64,000 bases of DNA from Azolla caroliniana (Eukaryota; Plantae; Polypodiophyta). Shown here piece after piece: positions 40,450 to 54,730 of this stretch. Below the pieces are notes generated by a model. It saw nothing but the letters and a program-made list of their open reading frames with translations. It did not search any database and was not told the origin of the DNA. Each line of letters starts with the position of its first letter. The stretch's first letter is position 1. The stretch covers positions 186,001-250,000 of the forward strand of contig JBHGNT010000037.1 of assembly GCA_043228905.1 (NCBI GenBank). Reading direction: 5' to 3'. The translations under genes were made by a program, and so were the position numbers.

Positions 40450-43400
40450 AAAATCGTGATTTTAAAACTAAGGCCGAGAGACATGAGGAAATTAGCAAAT
40501 TTGAGGAGGTAGTGGAGAAGAGTGCGTCAGTAAATTAAAATGGTCATACCTGGCTCGTGTGATATCGGATTTCTGTGTTCAAACATGCGAATCGAAACTA
40601 ACAAGGCTAGCTATGATATAGACTTAAAAAATCGTGATTTCGAAACTGACGTCGAAAGACATGAGGAAATTAGCATGCTGGAGGAGGGAGTTGAGAAGAG
40701 CGAGTGAGTAAATTAAAATGGTCATACCTGGCTCGTGTGATATCGGAGTTCTGTGTTCAAACATGCGAATCGAAACTAACAAGGCTAGCTATGATATAGA
40801 ATTACAAAATCGTGATTTTGAAACTCAGGTCGAGAGACATGAGGAAATTAGCATATTTGAGGAGGGAGTTGAGAAGAGCCAGTGAGTAAATTAAAATGGT
40901 CATACCTGGCTCGTGTGATATCGGATTTCTGTGTTCAAACATGCAAATCGAAGCTAACAAGGCTAGCTATGATATAGAATTAAAAAATCGAGATTTTGAA
41001 ACTGAGGTCGAGAGACATGAAGAAATTAGCATATTTGAGGAGGGAGTTGAGAAGAGCGTGTGTGTAAATTAAAATGGTCATACCTGGCTCGTGTGATATC
41101 GGATTTCTGTGTTCAAACATGCGAATCGAAGCTAACCAGGCTAGCTATGATATAGACTTAAAAAATCGTGATTTCGAAACTGACGTCGAAAGACATGAGG
41201 AAATTAGCATGCTGGAGGAGGGAGTTGAGAAGAGCGAGTGAGTAAATTAAAATGGTCATACCTGGCTCGTGTGATATCGGATTTCTGTGTTCAAACATGC
41301 GAATCGAAGCTAACAAGGCAAGCTATGATATAGACTTAAAAAATCGTGATTTCGAAACTGACGTCGAAAGACATGAGGAAATTAGCATGCTGGAGGAGGG
41401 AGTTGAGAAGAGCGAGTGAGTAAATTAAAATGGTCATACCTGGCTCGTGTGATATCGGATTTCTGTGTTCAAACATGCGAATCGAAGCTAACAAGGCTAG
41501 CTATGATATAGACTTAAAAAATCGTGATTTCGAAACTGACGTCGAGAGACATGAGGAAATTAGCATGCTGGAGGAGGGAGTTGAGAAGAGCGAGTGAGTA
41601 AATTAAAATGGTCATACCTGGCTCGTGTGATATCGGATTTCTGTGTTCAAACATGCGAATCGAAGCTAACAAGGCTAGCTATGATATAGACTTAAAAAGT
41701 CGTGATTTCGAAACTGACGTCGAAAGACATGAGGAAATTAGCATGCTGGAGGAGGGAGTTGAGAAGAGCGAGTGAGTAAATTAAAATGGTCATACCTGGC
41801 TCGTGTGATATCGGATTTTTGTGTTCAAACATGCGAATCGAAGCTAACAACTCTAGCTATGATATAGAATTAAAAAATCGTGATTTTAAAACTAAGGCCG
41901 AGAGACATGAGGAAATTAGCAAATTTGAGGAGGTAGTGGAGAAGAGTGCGTCAGTAAATTAAAATGGTCATACCTGGCTCGTGTGATATCGGATTTTTGT
42001 GTTCAAACATGAAAATCGAAGATAACAAGGCTAGCTATGATATAGACTTAAAAAATCGTTATTTCGAAACTCAGGTCGAGAGACATGAAGAAATTAGCAT
42101 ATTTGAGGAGGGAGTTGAGAAGAGCGAGTGAGTAAATTAAAATGGTCATACCTGGCTCGTGTGATATCGGAGTTTTGTGTTCAAACATGCGAATCGAAGC
42201 TAACAACGCTAGCTATGATATAGAATTAAAAAATCGTGATTTTAAAACTAAGGCCGAGAGATATGAGGAAATTAGCAAATTTGAGGAGGTAGTGGAGAAG
42301 AGTGCGTCAGTAAATTAAAATGGTCATACCTGGCTCGTGTGATATCGGATTTTTGTGTTCAAACATGCAAATCGAAGCTAACAAGGCTAGCTATGATATA
42401 GACTTAAAAAATCGTGATTTCGAAACTGACGTCGAAAAACATGAGGAAATTAGCATGCTGGAGGAGGGTGTTGAGAAGAGCGAGTGAGTAAATTAAAATG
42501 GTCATACCTGGCTCGTGTGATATCGGATTTCTGTGTTCAAACATACGAATGGAAACTAACAAGGCTAGCTATGATATAGAATTAAAAAATCGTGATTTTG
42601 AAACTCAGGTCGAGAGACATGAGGAAATTAGCATATTTGAGGAGGGAGTTGAGAGGAGCCAGTGAGTAAATTAAAATGGTCATACCTGGCTCGTGTGATA
42701 TCGGATTTCTGTGTTCAAACATGCAAATCGAAGCTAACAAGGCTAGCTATGATATAGAATTAAAAAATCAAGATTTTGAAACTCAGGTCGAGAGACATGA
42801 AGAAATTAGCATATTTGAGGAGGGAGTTGAGAAGAGCGTGTGTGTAAATTAAAATGGTCATACCTGGCTCGTGTGATATCGGATTTCTGTGTTCAAACAT
42901 GCGAATCGAAGCTAACAAGGCTAGCTATGATATAGACTTAAAAAATCGTGATTTCGAAACTGACGTCGAAAGACATGAGGAAATTAGCATGCTGGAGGAG
43001 GGAGTTGAGAAGAGCGAGTGAGTAAATTAAAATGGTCATACCTGGCTCGTGTGATATCGGATTTCTGTGTTCAAACATGCGAATCGAAACTAACAAGGCT
43101 AGCTATGATATAGAATTAAAAAATCGTGATTTTGAAACACAGGTCGAGAGACATGAGGAAATTAGCATATTTGAGGAGGGAGTTGCGAAGAGCGCTTAAA
43201 AAATCGTGATTTCGAAACTGACGTCGAAAGACATGAGGAAATTAGCATGCTGGAGGAGGGAGTTGAGAAGAGCGAGTGAGTAAATTAAAATGGTCATACC
43301 TGGCTCGTGTGATATCGGATTTTTGTGTTCAAACATGCGAATCGAAGCTAACAAGGCTAGCTATGATATAGAATTAAAAAATCGAGATTTTAAAACTAAG

Positions 43401-46400
43401 GCCGAGAGACATGAGGAAATTAGCAAATTTGAGGAGGTAGTGGAGAAGAGTGCGTCAGTAAATTAAAATGGTCAAACCTGGCACGTGTGATATCGGATTT
43501 CTATGTTCAAACATGCGAATCGAAGCTAACAACGCTAGCTATGATATAGAATTAAAAAATCGAGATTTTGAAACTCAGGTCGAGAGACATGAGGAAATTA
43601 ACATATTTGAGGAGGGAGTTGAGAAGAGCTAGTGAGTAAATTAAAATGGTCATACCTGGCTCGTGTGAAATCGGATTTTTGTGTTCAAACATGCGAATCG
43701 AAGCTAACAAGGCTAGCTATGATATAGAATTAAAAAATCGTGATTTTGAAACTCAGGTCGAGAGACATGAGGAAATTAACATATTTGAGGAGGGAGTTGA
43801 GAAGAGCCAGTGAGTAAATTAAAATGGTCATACCTGTCTCGTGTGATATCGGATTTCTGTGTTCAAACATGCGAATCGAAGTTAACAAGGCTAGCTATGA
43901 TATAGAATTTAAAAATCGTGATTTTGAAACTGACGTCGAAAGACATGAGGAAATTAGCATGCTGGAGGAGGGAGTTGAGAAGAGCGAGTGAGTAAATTAA
44001 AATGGTCATACCTGGCTCGTGTGATATCGGATTTTTGTGTTCAAACATGCGAATCGAAGCTAACAACGCTAGCTATGATATAGAATTAAAAAATCGTGAT
44101 TTTAAAACTAAGGCCGAGAGACATGAGGAAATTAGCAAATTTGAGGAGGTAGTGGAGAAGAGTGCGTCAGTAAATTAAAATGGTCATACCTGGCTCGTGT
44201 GATATCGGATTTTTGTGTTCAAACATGCAAATCGAAGCTAACAAGGCTAGCTATGATATAGAATTAAAAAATCAAGATTTGGAAACTGACGTCGAAAGAC
44301 TGAGGAAATTAGCATGCTGGAGGAGGGAGTTGAGAAGAGCGAGTGAGTAAATTAAAATGGTCATACCTGGCTCGTGTGATATCGGATTTCTGTGTTCAAA
44401 CATGCGAATCGAAGCTAACAAGGCTAGCTATGATATAGAATTAAAAAATCGTGATTTTGAAACTCAGGTCGAGAGACATGAGGAAATTAGCATATTTGAG
44501 GAGGGAGTTGAGAAGAGCCAGTGAGTAAATTAAAATGGTCATACCTGGCTCGTGTGATATCGGATTTCTGTGTTCAAACATGCGAATCGAAGCTAACAAG
44601 GCTAGCTATGATATAGAATTAAAAAATCGAGATTTTGAAACTCAGGTCGAGAGACATGAAGAAATTAGCATATTTGAGGAGGGAGTTGAGAAGAGCGTGT
44701 GTGTAAATTAAAATGGTCATACCTGGCTCGTGTGATATCGGATTTCTGTGTTCAAACATGCGAATCGAAGCTAACAAGGCTAGCTATGATATAGACTTAA
44801 AAAATCGTGATTTCGAAACTGACGTCGAAAGACATGAGGAAATTAGCATGCTGGAGGAGGGAGTTGAGAAGAGCGAGTGAGTAAATTAAAATGGTCATAC
44901 CTGGCTCGTGTGATATCGGATTTCTGTGTTCAAACATGCGAATCGAAACTAACAAGGCTAGCTATGATATAGAATTAAAAAATCGTGATTTTGAAACTCA
45001 GGTCGAGAGACATGAGGAAATTAGCATATTTGAGGAGGGAGTTGCGAAGAGCGTGTGAGTAAATTAAAATGGTCATACCTGGCTCGTGTGATATCGGATT
45101 TCTGTGTTCAAACATGCGAATCGAAGCTAACAAGGCTAGCTATGATATAGAATTAAAAAATCGAGATTTTGAAACTCAGATCGAGAGACATGCGGAAATT
45201 AGCATATTTGAGGGGGGAGTTGAGAAGAGCGTGTGAGTAAATTAAAATGGTCATACCTGGCTCGTGTGATATCGGATTTCTGTGTTCAAACATGCGAATC
45301 GAAGCTAACAAGGCTAGCTATGATATAGAATTAAAAAATCAAGATTTTGAAACTCAGGTCGAGAGACATGAAGAAATTAGCATATTTGAGGAGGGAGTTG
45401 AGAAGAGCGTGTGAGTAAATTAAAATGGTCATACCTGGCTCGTGTGATATCGGATTTCTGTGTTCAAACATGCGAATCGAAGCTAACAAGGCTAGCTATG
45501 ATATAGACTTAAAAAATCGTGATTTCGAAACTGACGTCGAAAGACATGAGGAAATTAGCATGCTGGAGGAGGGAGTTGAGAAGAGCGAGTGAGTAAATTA
45601 AAATGGTCATACCTGGCTCGTGTGATATCGGATTTCTGTGTTCAAACATGCGAATCGAAACTAACAAGGCTAGCTATGATATAGAATTAAAAAATCGTGA
45701 TTTTGAAACTCAGGTCGAGAGACATGAGGAAATTAGCATATTTGAGGAGGGAGTTGAGAAGAGCCAGTGAGTAAATTAAAATGGTCATACCTGGCTCGTG
45801 TGATATCGGATTGCTGTGTTCAAACATGCAAATCGAAGCTAACAAGGCTAGCTATGATATAGAATTAAAAAATCGAGATTTTGAAACTCAGGTCGAGAGA
45901 CATGAAGAAATTAGCATATTTGAGGAGGGAGTTGAGAAGAGCGTGTGTGTAAATTAAAATGGTCATACCTGGCTCGTGTGATATCGGATTTCTGTGTTCA
46001 AACATGCGAATCGAAACTAACAAGGCTAGCTATGATATAGAATTAAAAAATCGTGATTTTGAAACTCAGGTCGAGAGACATGAAGAATTTAGCATATTTG
46101 AGGAGGGAGTTGAGAAGAGCGTGTGTGTAAATTAAAATGGTCATACCTGGCTCGTGTGATATCGGATTTCTGTGTTCAAACATGCGAATCGAAGCTAACA
46201 ACGCTAGCTATGATATAGAATTAAAAAATCGAGATTTTGAAACTCAGGTCGAGAGACATGAGGAAATTAGCATGCTGGAGGAGGGAGTTGAGAAGAGTCA
46301 GTGAGTAAATTAAAATGGTCATACCTGGCTCGTGTGATATCGGATTTCTGTGTTCAAACATGCAAATCGAAGATAACAAGGCTAGCTATGATATAGAATT

Positions 46401-49400
46401 AAAAAATCGAGATTTTGAAACTCAGGTCGAGAGACATGAGGAAATTAGCATATTTGAGGAGGGAGTTGAGAAGATCCGGTGAGTAAATTAAAATGGTCAT
46501 ACCTGGCTCGTGTGATATCGGATTTCTGTGTTCAAACATGCAAATCGAAGCTAACAAGGCTAGCTATGATATAGAATTAAAAAATCGAGATTTTGAAACT
46601 CAGGTCGAGAGACATGAAGAATTTAGCATATTTGAGGAGGGAGTTGAGAAGAGCGTGTGTGTAAATTAAAATGGTCATACCTGGCTCGTGTGATATCGGA
46701 TTTCTGTGTTCAAACATGCGAATCGAAACTAACAAGGCTAGCTATGATATAGACTTAAAAAATCGTGATTTCGAAACTGACGTCGAAAGACATGAGGAAA
46801 TTAGCATGCTGGAGGAGGGAGTTGAGAAGAGCGAGTGAGTAAATTAAAATGGTCATACCTGGCTCGTGTGATATCGGATTTTTGTGTTCAAACATGCGAA
46901 TCGAAGCTAACAACGCTAGCTATGATATAGAATTAAAAAATCGTGATTTTAAAACTAAGGCCGAGAGACATGAGGAAATTAGCAAATTTGAGGAGGTAGT
47001 GGAGAAGAGTGCGTCAGTAAATTAAAATGGTCATACCTGGCTCGTGTGATATCGGATTTCTGTGTTCAAACATGCGAATCGAAACTAACAAGGCTAGCTA
47101 TGATATAGACTAAAAAATCGTGATTTTGAAACTGACGTCGAAAGACATAAGGAAATTAGCATGCTGGAGGAGGGAGTTGAGAAGAGCGAGTGAGTAAATT
47201 AAAATGGTCATACCTGGCTCGTGTGATATCGGATTTCTGTGTTCAAACATGCAAATCGAAGCTAACAAGGCTAGCTATGATATAGAATTAAAAAATCGAG
47301 ATTTTGAAACTGAGGTCGAGAGACATGAAGAAATTAGCATATTTGAGGAGGGAGTTGAGAAGAGCGTGTGTGTAAATTAAAATGGTCATTCCTGGCTCGT
47401 GTGATATCGGATTTCTGTGTTCAAACATGCGAATCGAAGCTAACAATGCTAGCTATGATATAGACTTAAAAAATCGTGATTTCGAAACTGACGTCGAAAG
47501 ACATGAGGAAATTAGCATGCTGGAGGAGGGAGTTGAGAAGAGCGAGTGAGTAAATTAAAATGGTCATACCTGGCTCGTGTGATATCGGATTTCTGTGTTC
47601 AAACATGCGAATCGAAACTAACAAGGCTAGCTATGATATAAAATTAAAAAATCGTGATTTTGAAACTCAGGTCGAGAGACATGAGGAAATTAGCATATTT
47701 GAGGAGGGAGTTGAGAAGAGCCAGTGAGTAAATTAAAATGGTCATACCTGGCTCGTGTGATATCGGATTTCTGTGTTCAAACATGCGAATCGAAGTTAAC
47801 AAGGCTAGCTATGATATAGAATTAAAAAATCGTGATTTTGAAACTGACGTCGAAAGACATGAGGAAATTAGCATGCTGGAGGAGGGAGTTGAGAAGAGCG
47901 AGTGAGTAAATTAAAATGGTCATACCTGGCTCGTGTGATATCGGATTTCTGTGTTCAAACATGCAAATCGAAGCTAACAAGGCTAGCTATGATATAGAAT
48001 TAAAAAATCGAGATTTTGAAACTCAGGTCGAGAGACATGAAGAAATTAGCATATTTGAGGAGGGAGTTGAGAAGAGCGTGTGAGTAAATTAAAATGGTCA
48101 TACCTGGCTCGTGTGATATCGGATTTCTGTGTTCAAACATGCGAATCGAAGCTAACAAGGCTAGCTATGATATAGAATTAAAAAATCGAGATTTTGAAAC
48201 TGACGTCGAAAGACATGAGGAAATTAGCATATTTGAGGAGGGAGTTGAGAAGAGCGTGTGAGTAAATTAAAATGGTCATACCTGGCTCGTGTGATATCGG
48301 ATTTCTCTGTTCAAACATGCGAATCGAAGCTAACAAGGCTAGCTATGATATAGACTTAAAAAATCGTGATTTCGAAACTGACGTCGAAAGACATGAGGAA
48401 ATTAGCATGCTGGAGGAGGGAGTTGAGAAGAGCGAGTGAGTAAATTAAAATGGTCACACCTGGCTCGTGTGATATCGGATTTTTGTGTTCAAACATGCGA
48501 ATCGAAGCTAACAAGGCTAGCTATGATATAGAATTAAAAAATCGAGATTTTAAAACTAAGGCCGAGAGACATGAGGAAATTAGCAAATTTGAGGAGGTAG
48601 TGGAGAAGAGTGCGTCAGTAAATTAAAATGGTCAAACCTGGCACGTGTGATATCGGATTTCTATGTTCAAACATGCGAATCGAAGCTAACAACGCTAGCT
48701 ATGATATAGAATTAAAAAAACGAGATTTTGAAACTGACGTCGAAAGACATGAGGAAATTAGCATGCTGGAGGAGGGAGTTGAGAAGAGCGAGTGAGTAAA
48801 TTAAAATGGTCATACCTGGCTCGTGTGATATCGGATTTCTGTGTTCAAACATGCGAATCGAAACTAACAAGGCTAGATATGATATAGACTTAAAAAATCG
48901 TGATTTTGAAACTCAGGTCGAGAGACATGAGGAAATTAGCATATTTGAGGAGGGAGTTGAGAAGAGCCAGTGAGTAAATTAAAATGGTCACACCTGGCTC
49001 GTGTGATATCGGATTTCTGTGTTCAAACATGCAAATCGAAGCTAACAAGGCTAGCTATGATATAGAATTAAAATATCAAGATTTTGAAACTGACGTCGAA
49101 AGACATGAGGAAATTAGGATGCTGGAGGAGGGAGTTGAGAAGAGCGAGTGAGTAAATTAAAATGGTCATACCTGGCTCGTGTGATATCGGATTTTTGTGT
49201 TCAAACATGCGAATCGAAGCTAACAAGGCTAGCTATGATATAGAATTAAAAAATCGAGATTTTAAAACTCAGGTCGAGAGACATGAGGAAATTAACATAT
49301 TTGAGGAGGGAGTTGAGAAGAGCCAGTGAGTAAATTAAAATGGTCACACCTGGCTCGTGTGATATCGGATTTCTGTGTTCAAACATGCAAATCGAAGCTA

Positions 49401-50400
49401 ACAAGGCTAGCTATGATATAGAATTAAAATATCAAGATTTTGAAACTGACGTCGAAAGACATGAGGAAATTAGGATGCTGGAGGAGGGAGTTGAGAAGAG
49501 CGAGTGAGTAAATTAAAATGGTCATACCTGGCTCGTGTGATATCGGATTTTTGTGTTCAAACATGCGAATCGAAGCTAACAAGGCTAGCTATGATATAGA
49601 ATTAAAAAATCGAGATTTTAAAACTAAGGCCGAGAGACATGAGGAAATTAGCAAATTTGAGGAGGTAGTGGAGAAGAGTGCGTCAGTAAATTAAAATGGT
49701 CAAACCTGGCACGTGTGATATCGGATTTCTATGTTCAAACATGCGAATCGAAGCTAACAACGCTAGCTATGATATAGAATTAAAAAATCGAGATTTTGAA
49801 ACTGACGTCGAAAGACATGAGGAAATTAGCATGCTGGAGGAGGGAGTTGAGAAGAGCGAGTGAGTAAATTAAAATGGTCATACCTGGCTCGTGTGATATC
49901 GGATTTCTGTGTTCAAACATGCGAATCGAAGCTAACAACGCTACCTATGATATAGAATTAAAAAATCGAGATTTTAAAACTAAGGCCGAGAGACATAAGA
50001 AAATTAGCAAATTTGAGGAGGTAGTGGAGAAGAGTGCGTCAGTAAATTAAAATGGTCAAACTTGGCACGTGTGATATCGGATTTCTATGTTCAAACATGC
50101 GAATCGAAGCTAACAACGCTAGCTATGATATAGAATTAAAAAATCGTGATTTCGAAACTGACGTCGAAAGACATGAGGAAATTAGCATGCTGGAGGAGGG
50201 AGTTGAGAAGAGCGAGTGAGTAAATTAAAATGGTCATACCTGGCTCGTGTGATATCGGATTTTTGTGTTCAAACATGCGAATCGAAGCTAACAACGCTAG
50301 CTATGATATAGAATTAAAAAATCGTGATTTGAAAACTAAGGCCGAGAGACATGAGGAAATTAGCAAATTTGAGGAGGTAGTGGAGAAGAGTGCGTCAGTA
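40450..50400. repeat. Domain with ten chimeric monomers (consensus 5' part + B-type 3' part)
   Basis: aaaactaaggccgagag…gcaaatttgaggaggtagtggagaagagtgcgtcag near 40461, 41885, 42241, 43390, 44101, 46950, 48550, 49618, 49975 and 50330, each preceded by consensus atagaattaaaaaatc rather than attgaattg. Confidence 0.88.
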
Positions 50401-51249
50401 AATTAAAATGGTCATACCTGGCTCGTGTGATATCGGATTTCTGTGTTCAAACATGCAAATCGAAACTAACAAGGCTAGCTATGATATAGACTTAAAAAAT
50501 CGTGATTTTGAAACTGACGTCGAAAGACATGAGGAAATTAGCATGCTGGAGGAGGGAGTTGAGAAGAGCGAGTGAGTAAATTAAAATGGTCATACCTGGC
50601 TCGTGTGATATCGGATTTCTGTGTTCAAACATGCAAATCGAAGCTAACAAGGCTAGCTATGATATAGAATTAAAAAATCGAGATTTTGGAACTCAGGTCG
50701 AGAGACATGAAGAAATTAGCATATTTGAGGAGGGAGTTGAGAAGAGCGTGTGTGTAAATTAAAATGGTCATACCTGGCTCGTGTGATATCGGATTTCTGT
50801 GTTCAAACATGCGAATCGAAACTAACAAGGCTAGCTATGATATAGAATTAAAAAATCGAGATTTTGAAACTGACGTCGAAAGACATGAGGAAATTAGCAT
50901 GTTGGAGGAGGGAGTTGAGAAGAGCGAGTGAGAAAATTAAAATGGTCATACCTGGCTCGTGTGATATCGGATTTCTGTGTTCAAACATGCGAATCGAAAC
51001 TAACAAGGCTAGCTATGATATAGAATTAAAAAATCGTGATTTTGAAACTCAGGTCGAGAGACATGAGGAAATTAGCATATTTGAGGAGGGAGTTGAGAAG
51101 AGCCAGTGAGTAAATTAAAATGGTCATACCTGGCTCGTGTGATATCGGATTTCTGTGTTCAAACATGCAAATCGAAGCTAACAAGGCTAGCTATGATATA
51201 GAATTAAAATATCAAGATTATGAAACTGACGTCGAAAGACATGAAGAAA

Positions 51250-54200
51250 TTAGCATGTTGGAGGAGGGAGTTGAGAAGAGCGAGTGAGTAAATTAAAATG
51301 GTCATACCTGGCTCGTGTGATATCGGATTTCTGTGTTCAAACATGCGAATCGAAACTAAGAACGCTAGCTATGATATAGAATTAAAAAATCGAGATTTTG
51401 AAACTCAGGTCGAGAGACATGAGGAAATTAGCATATTTGAGGAGGGAATTGAGAAGAGCCAGTGAGTAAATTAAAATGGTCATACCTGGCTCGTGTGATA
51501 TTGGATTTCTGTGTTCAAACATGCGAATCGAAGTTAACAAGGCTAGCTATGATATAGAATTAAAAAATCAAGATTTTGAAACTGACGTCGAAAGACATGA
51601 GGAAATTAGCATGCTGGAGGAGGGAGTTGAGAAGAGCCAGTGAGTAAATTAAAATGGTCATACCTGGCTCGTGTGATATCGGATTTCTGTGTTCAAACAT
51701 GCGAATCGAAACTAACAAGGCTAGCTATGATATAGAATTAAAAAATCGTGATTTTGAAACTCAGGTCGAGAGACATGAAGAAATTAGCATATTTGAGGAG
51801 GGAGTTGAGAAGAGCGTGTGAGTAAATTAAAATGGTCATACCTGGCTCGTGTGATATCGGATTTCTGTGTTCAAACATGCGAATCGAAGCTAACAACGCT
51901 AGCTATGATATAGAATTAAAAAATCAAGATTTTGAAACTGACGTCGAAAGACATGAGGAAATTAGCATGTTGGAGGAGGGAGTTGAGAAGAGCGAGCGAG
52001 TAAATTAAAATGGTCATACCTGGCTCGTGTGATATCGGATTTCTGTGTTCAAACATGCGAATCGAAACTAACAAGGCTAGCTATGATATAGAATTAAAAA
52101 ATCATGATTTTGAAACTCAGGTCGAGAGACATGAGGAAATTAGCATATTTGAGGAGGGAGTTGAGAAGAGCCAGTGAGTAAATTAAAATGGTCATACCTG
52201 GCTCGTGTGATATCGGATTTCTGTGTTCAAACATGCAAATCGAAGCTAACAAGGCTAGCTATGATATAGAATTAAAATATCAAGATTATGAAACTGACGT
52301 CGAAAGACATGAGGAAATTAGCATGCTGGAGGAGGGAGTTGAGAAGAGCGAGTGAGTAAATTAAAATGGTCATACCTGGCTCGTGTGATATCGGATTTTT
52401 GTGTTCAAACATGCGAATTGAAACTAACAAGGCTAGCTATGATATAGAATTAAAAAATCGTGATTTTGAAACTCAAGTCGAGAGACATGAGGAAATTAGC
52501 ATATTTGAGGAGGGAGTTGAGAAGAGCCAGTGAGTAAATTAAAATGGTCATACCTGGCTCGTGTGATATCGGATTTCTGTGTTCAAACATGCAAATCGAA
52601 ACTAACAAGGCTAGCTATGATATAGACTTAAAAAATCGTGATTTTGAAACTCAGGTCGAGAGACATGAGGAAATTAGCATGTTGGAGGAGGGAGTTGAGA
52701 AGAGCGAGTGAGTAAATTAAAATGGTCATACCTAGCTCGTGTGATATCGGATTTCTGTGTTCAAACATGCAAATCGAAGCTAACAAGGCTAGCTATGATA
52801 TAGAATTAAAAAATCGAGATTTTGAAACTCAGGTCGAGAGACATGAGGAAATTAGCATATTTGAGGAGGGAGTTGAGAAGAGCAGGTGTGTAAATTAAAA
52901 TGGTCATACCTGGCTCGTGTGATATCGGATTTCTGTGTTCAAACATGCGAATCGAAACTAACAAGGCTAGCTATGATATAGACTTAAAAAATCGTGATTT
53001 TGAAACTCAGGTCGAGAGACATGAGGAAATTAGCATGTTGGAGGAGGGAGTTGAGAAGAGCGAGTGAGTAAATTAAAATGGTCATACCTGGCTCGTGTGA
53101 TATCGGATTTCTGTGTTCAAACATGCGAATCGAAACTAAGAACGCTAGCTATGATATAGAATTAAAAAATCGAGATTTTGAAACTCAGGTCGAGAGACAT
53201 GAGGAAATTAGCATATTTGAGGAGGGAATTGAGAAGAGCCAGTGAGTAAATTAAAATGGTCATACCTGGCTCGTGTGATATTGGATTTCTGTGTTCAAAC
53301 ATGCGAATCGAAGTTAACAAGGCTAGCTATGATATAGAATTAAAAAATCAAGATTTTGAAACTGACGTCGAAAGACATGAGGAAATTAGCATGCTGGAGG
53401 AGGGAGTTGAGAAGACCCAGTGAGTAAATTAAAATGGTCATACCTGGCTCGTGTGATATCGGATTTCTGTGTTCAAACATGTTAATCGAAACTAACAAGG
53501 CTAGCTATGATATAGAATTAAAAAATCGTGATTTTGAAACTCAGGTCGAGAGACATGAAGAAATTAGCATATTTGAGGAGGGAGTTGAGAAGAGCGTGTG
53601 AGTAAATTAAAATGGTCATACCTGGCTCGTGTGATATCGGATTTCTGTGTTCAAACATGCGAATCGAAGCTAACAACGCTAGCTATGATATAGAATTAAA
53701 AAATCAAGATTTTGAAACTGACGTCGAAAGACATGAGGAAATTAGCATGTTGGAGGAGGGAGTTGAGAAGAGCGAGCGAGTAAATTAAAATGGTCATACC
53801 TGGCTCGTGTGATATCGGATTTCTGTGTTCAAACATGCGAATCGAAACTAACAAGGCTAGCTATGATATAGAATTAAAAAATCGTGATTTTGAAACTCAG
53901 GTCGAGAGACATGAGGAAATTAGCATATTTGAGGAGGGAGTTGAGAAGAGCCAGTGAGTAAATTAAAATGGTCATACCTGGCTCGTGTGATATCGGATTT
54001 CTGTGTTCAAACATGCAAATCGAAGCTAACAAGGCTAGCTATGATATAGAATTAAAATATCAAGATTATGAAACTGACGTCGAAAGACATGAAGAAATTA
54101 GCATGCTGGAGGAGGGAGTTGAGAAGAGCGAGTGAGTAAATTAAAATGGTCATACCTGGCTCGTGTGATATCGGATTTTTGTGTTCAAACATGCGAATTG

Positions 54201-54730
54201 AAACTAACAAGGCTAGCTATGATATAGAATTAAAAAATCGTGATTTTGAAACTCAAGTCGAGAGACATGAGGAAATTAGCATATTTGAGGAGGGAGTTGA
54301 GAAGAGCCAGTGAGTAAATTAAAATGGTCATACCTGGCTCGTGTGATATCGGATTTCTGTGTTCAAACATGCAAATCGAAACTAACAAGGCTAGCTATGA
54401 TATAGACTTAAAAAATCGTGATTTTGAAACTCAGGTCGAGAGACATGAGGAAATTAGCATGTTGGAGGAGGGAGTTGAGAAGAGCGAGTGAGTAAATTAA
54501 AATGGTCATACCTAGCTCGTGTGATATCGGATTTCTGTGTTCAACCATGCAAATCGAAGCTAACAAGGCTAGCTATGATATAGAATTAAAAAATCGAGAT
54601 TTTGAAACTCAGGTCCAGAGACATGAGGAAATTAGCATATTTGAGGAGGGAGTTGAGAAGAGCAGGTGTGTAAATTAAAATGGTCATACCTGGCTCGTGT
54701 GATATCGGATTTCTGTGTTCAAACATGCGA
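51250..54730. repeat. 10-monomer (1780-bp) HOR duplication
   Basis: cgaaactaag at 51351 and 53131. gggaattgag, gatattgg, gagcgagcgag, gattatg and agcaggtgtg are shared at +1780. Confidence 0.9.
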
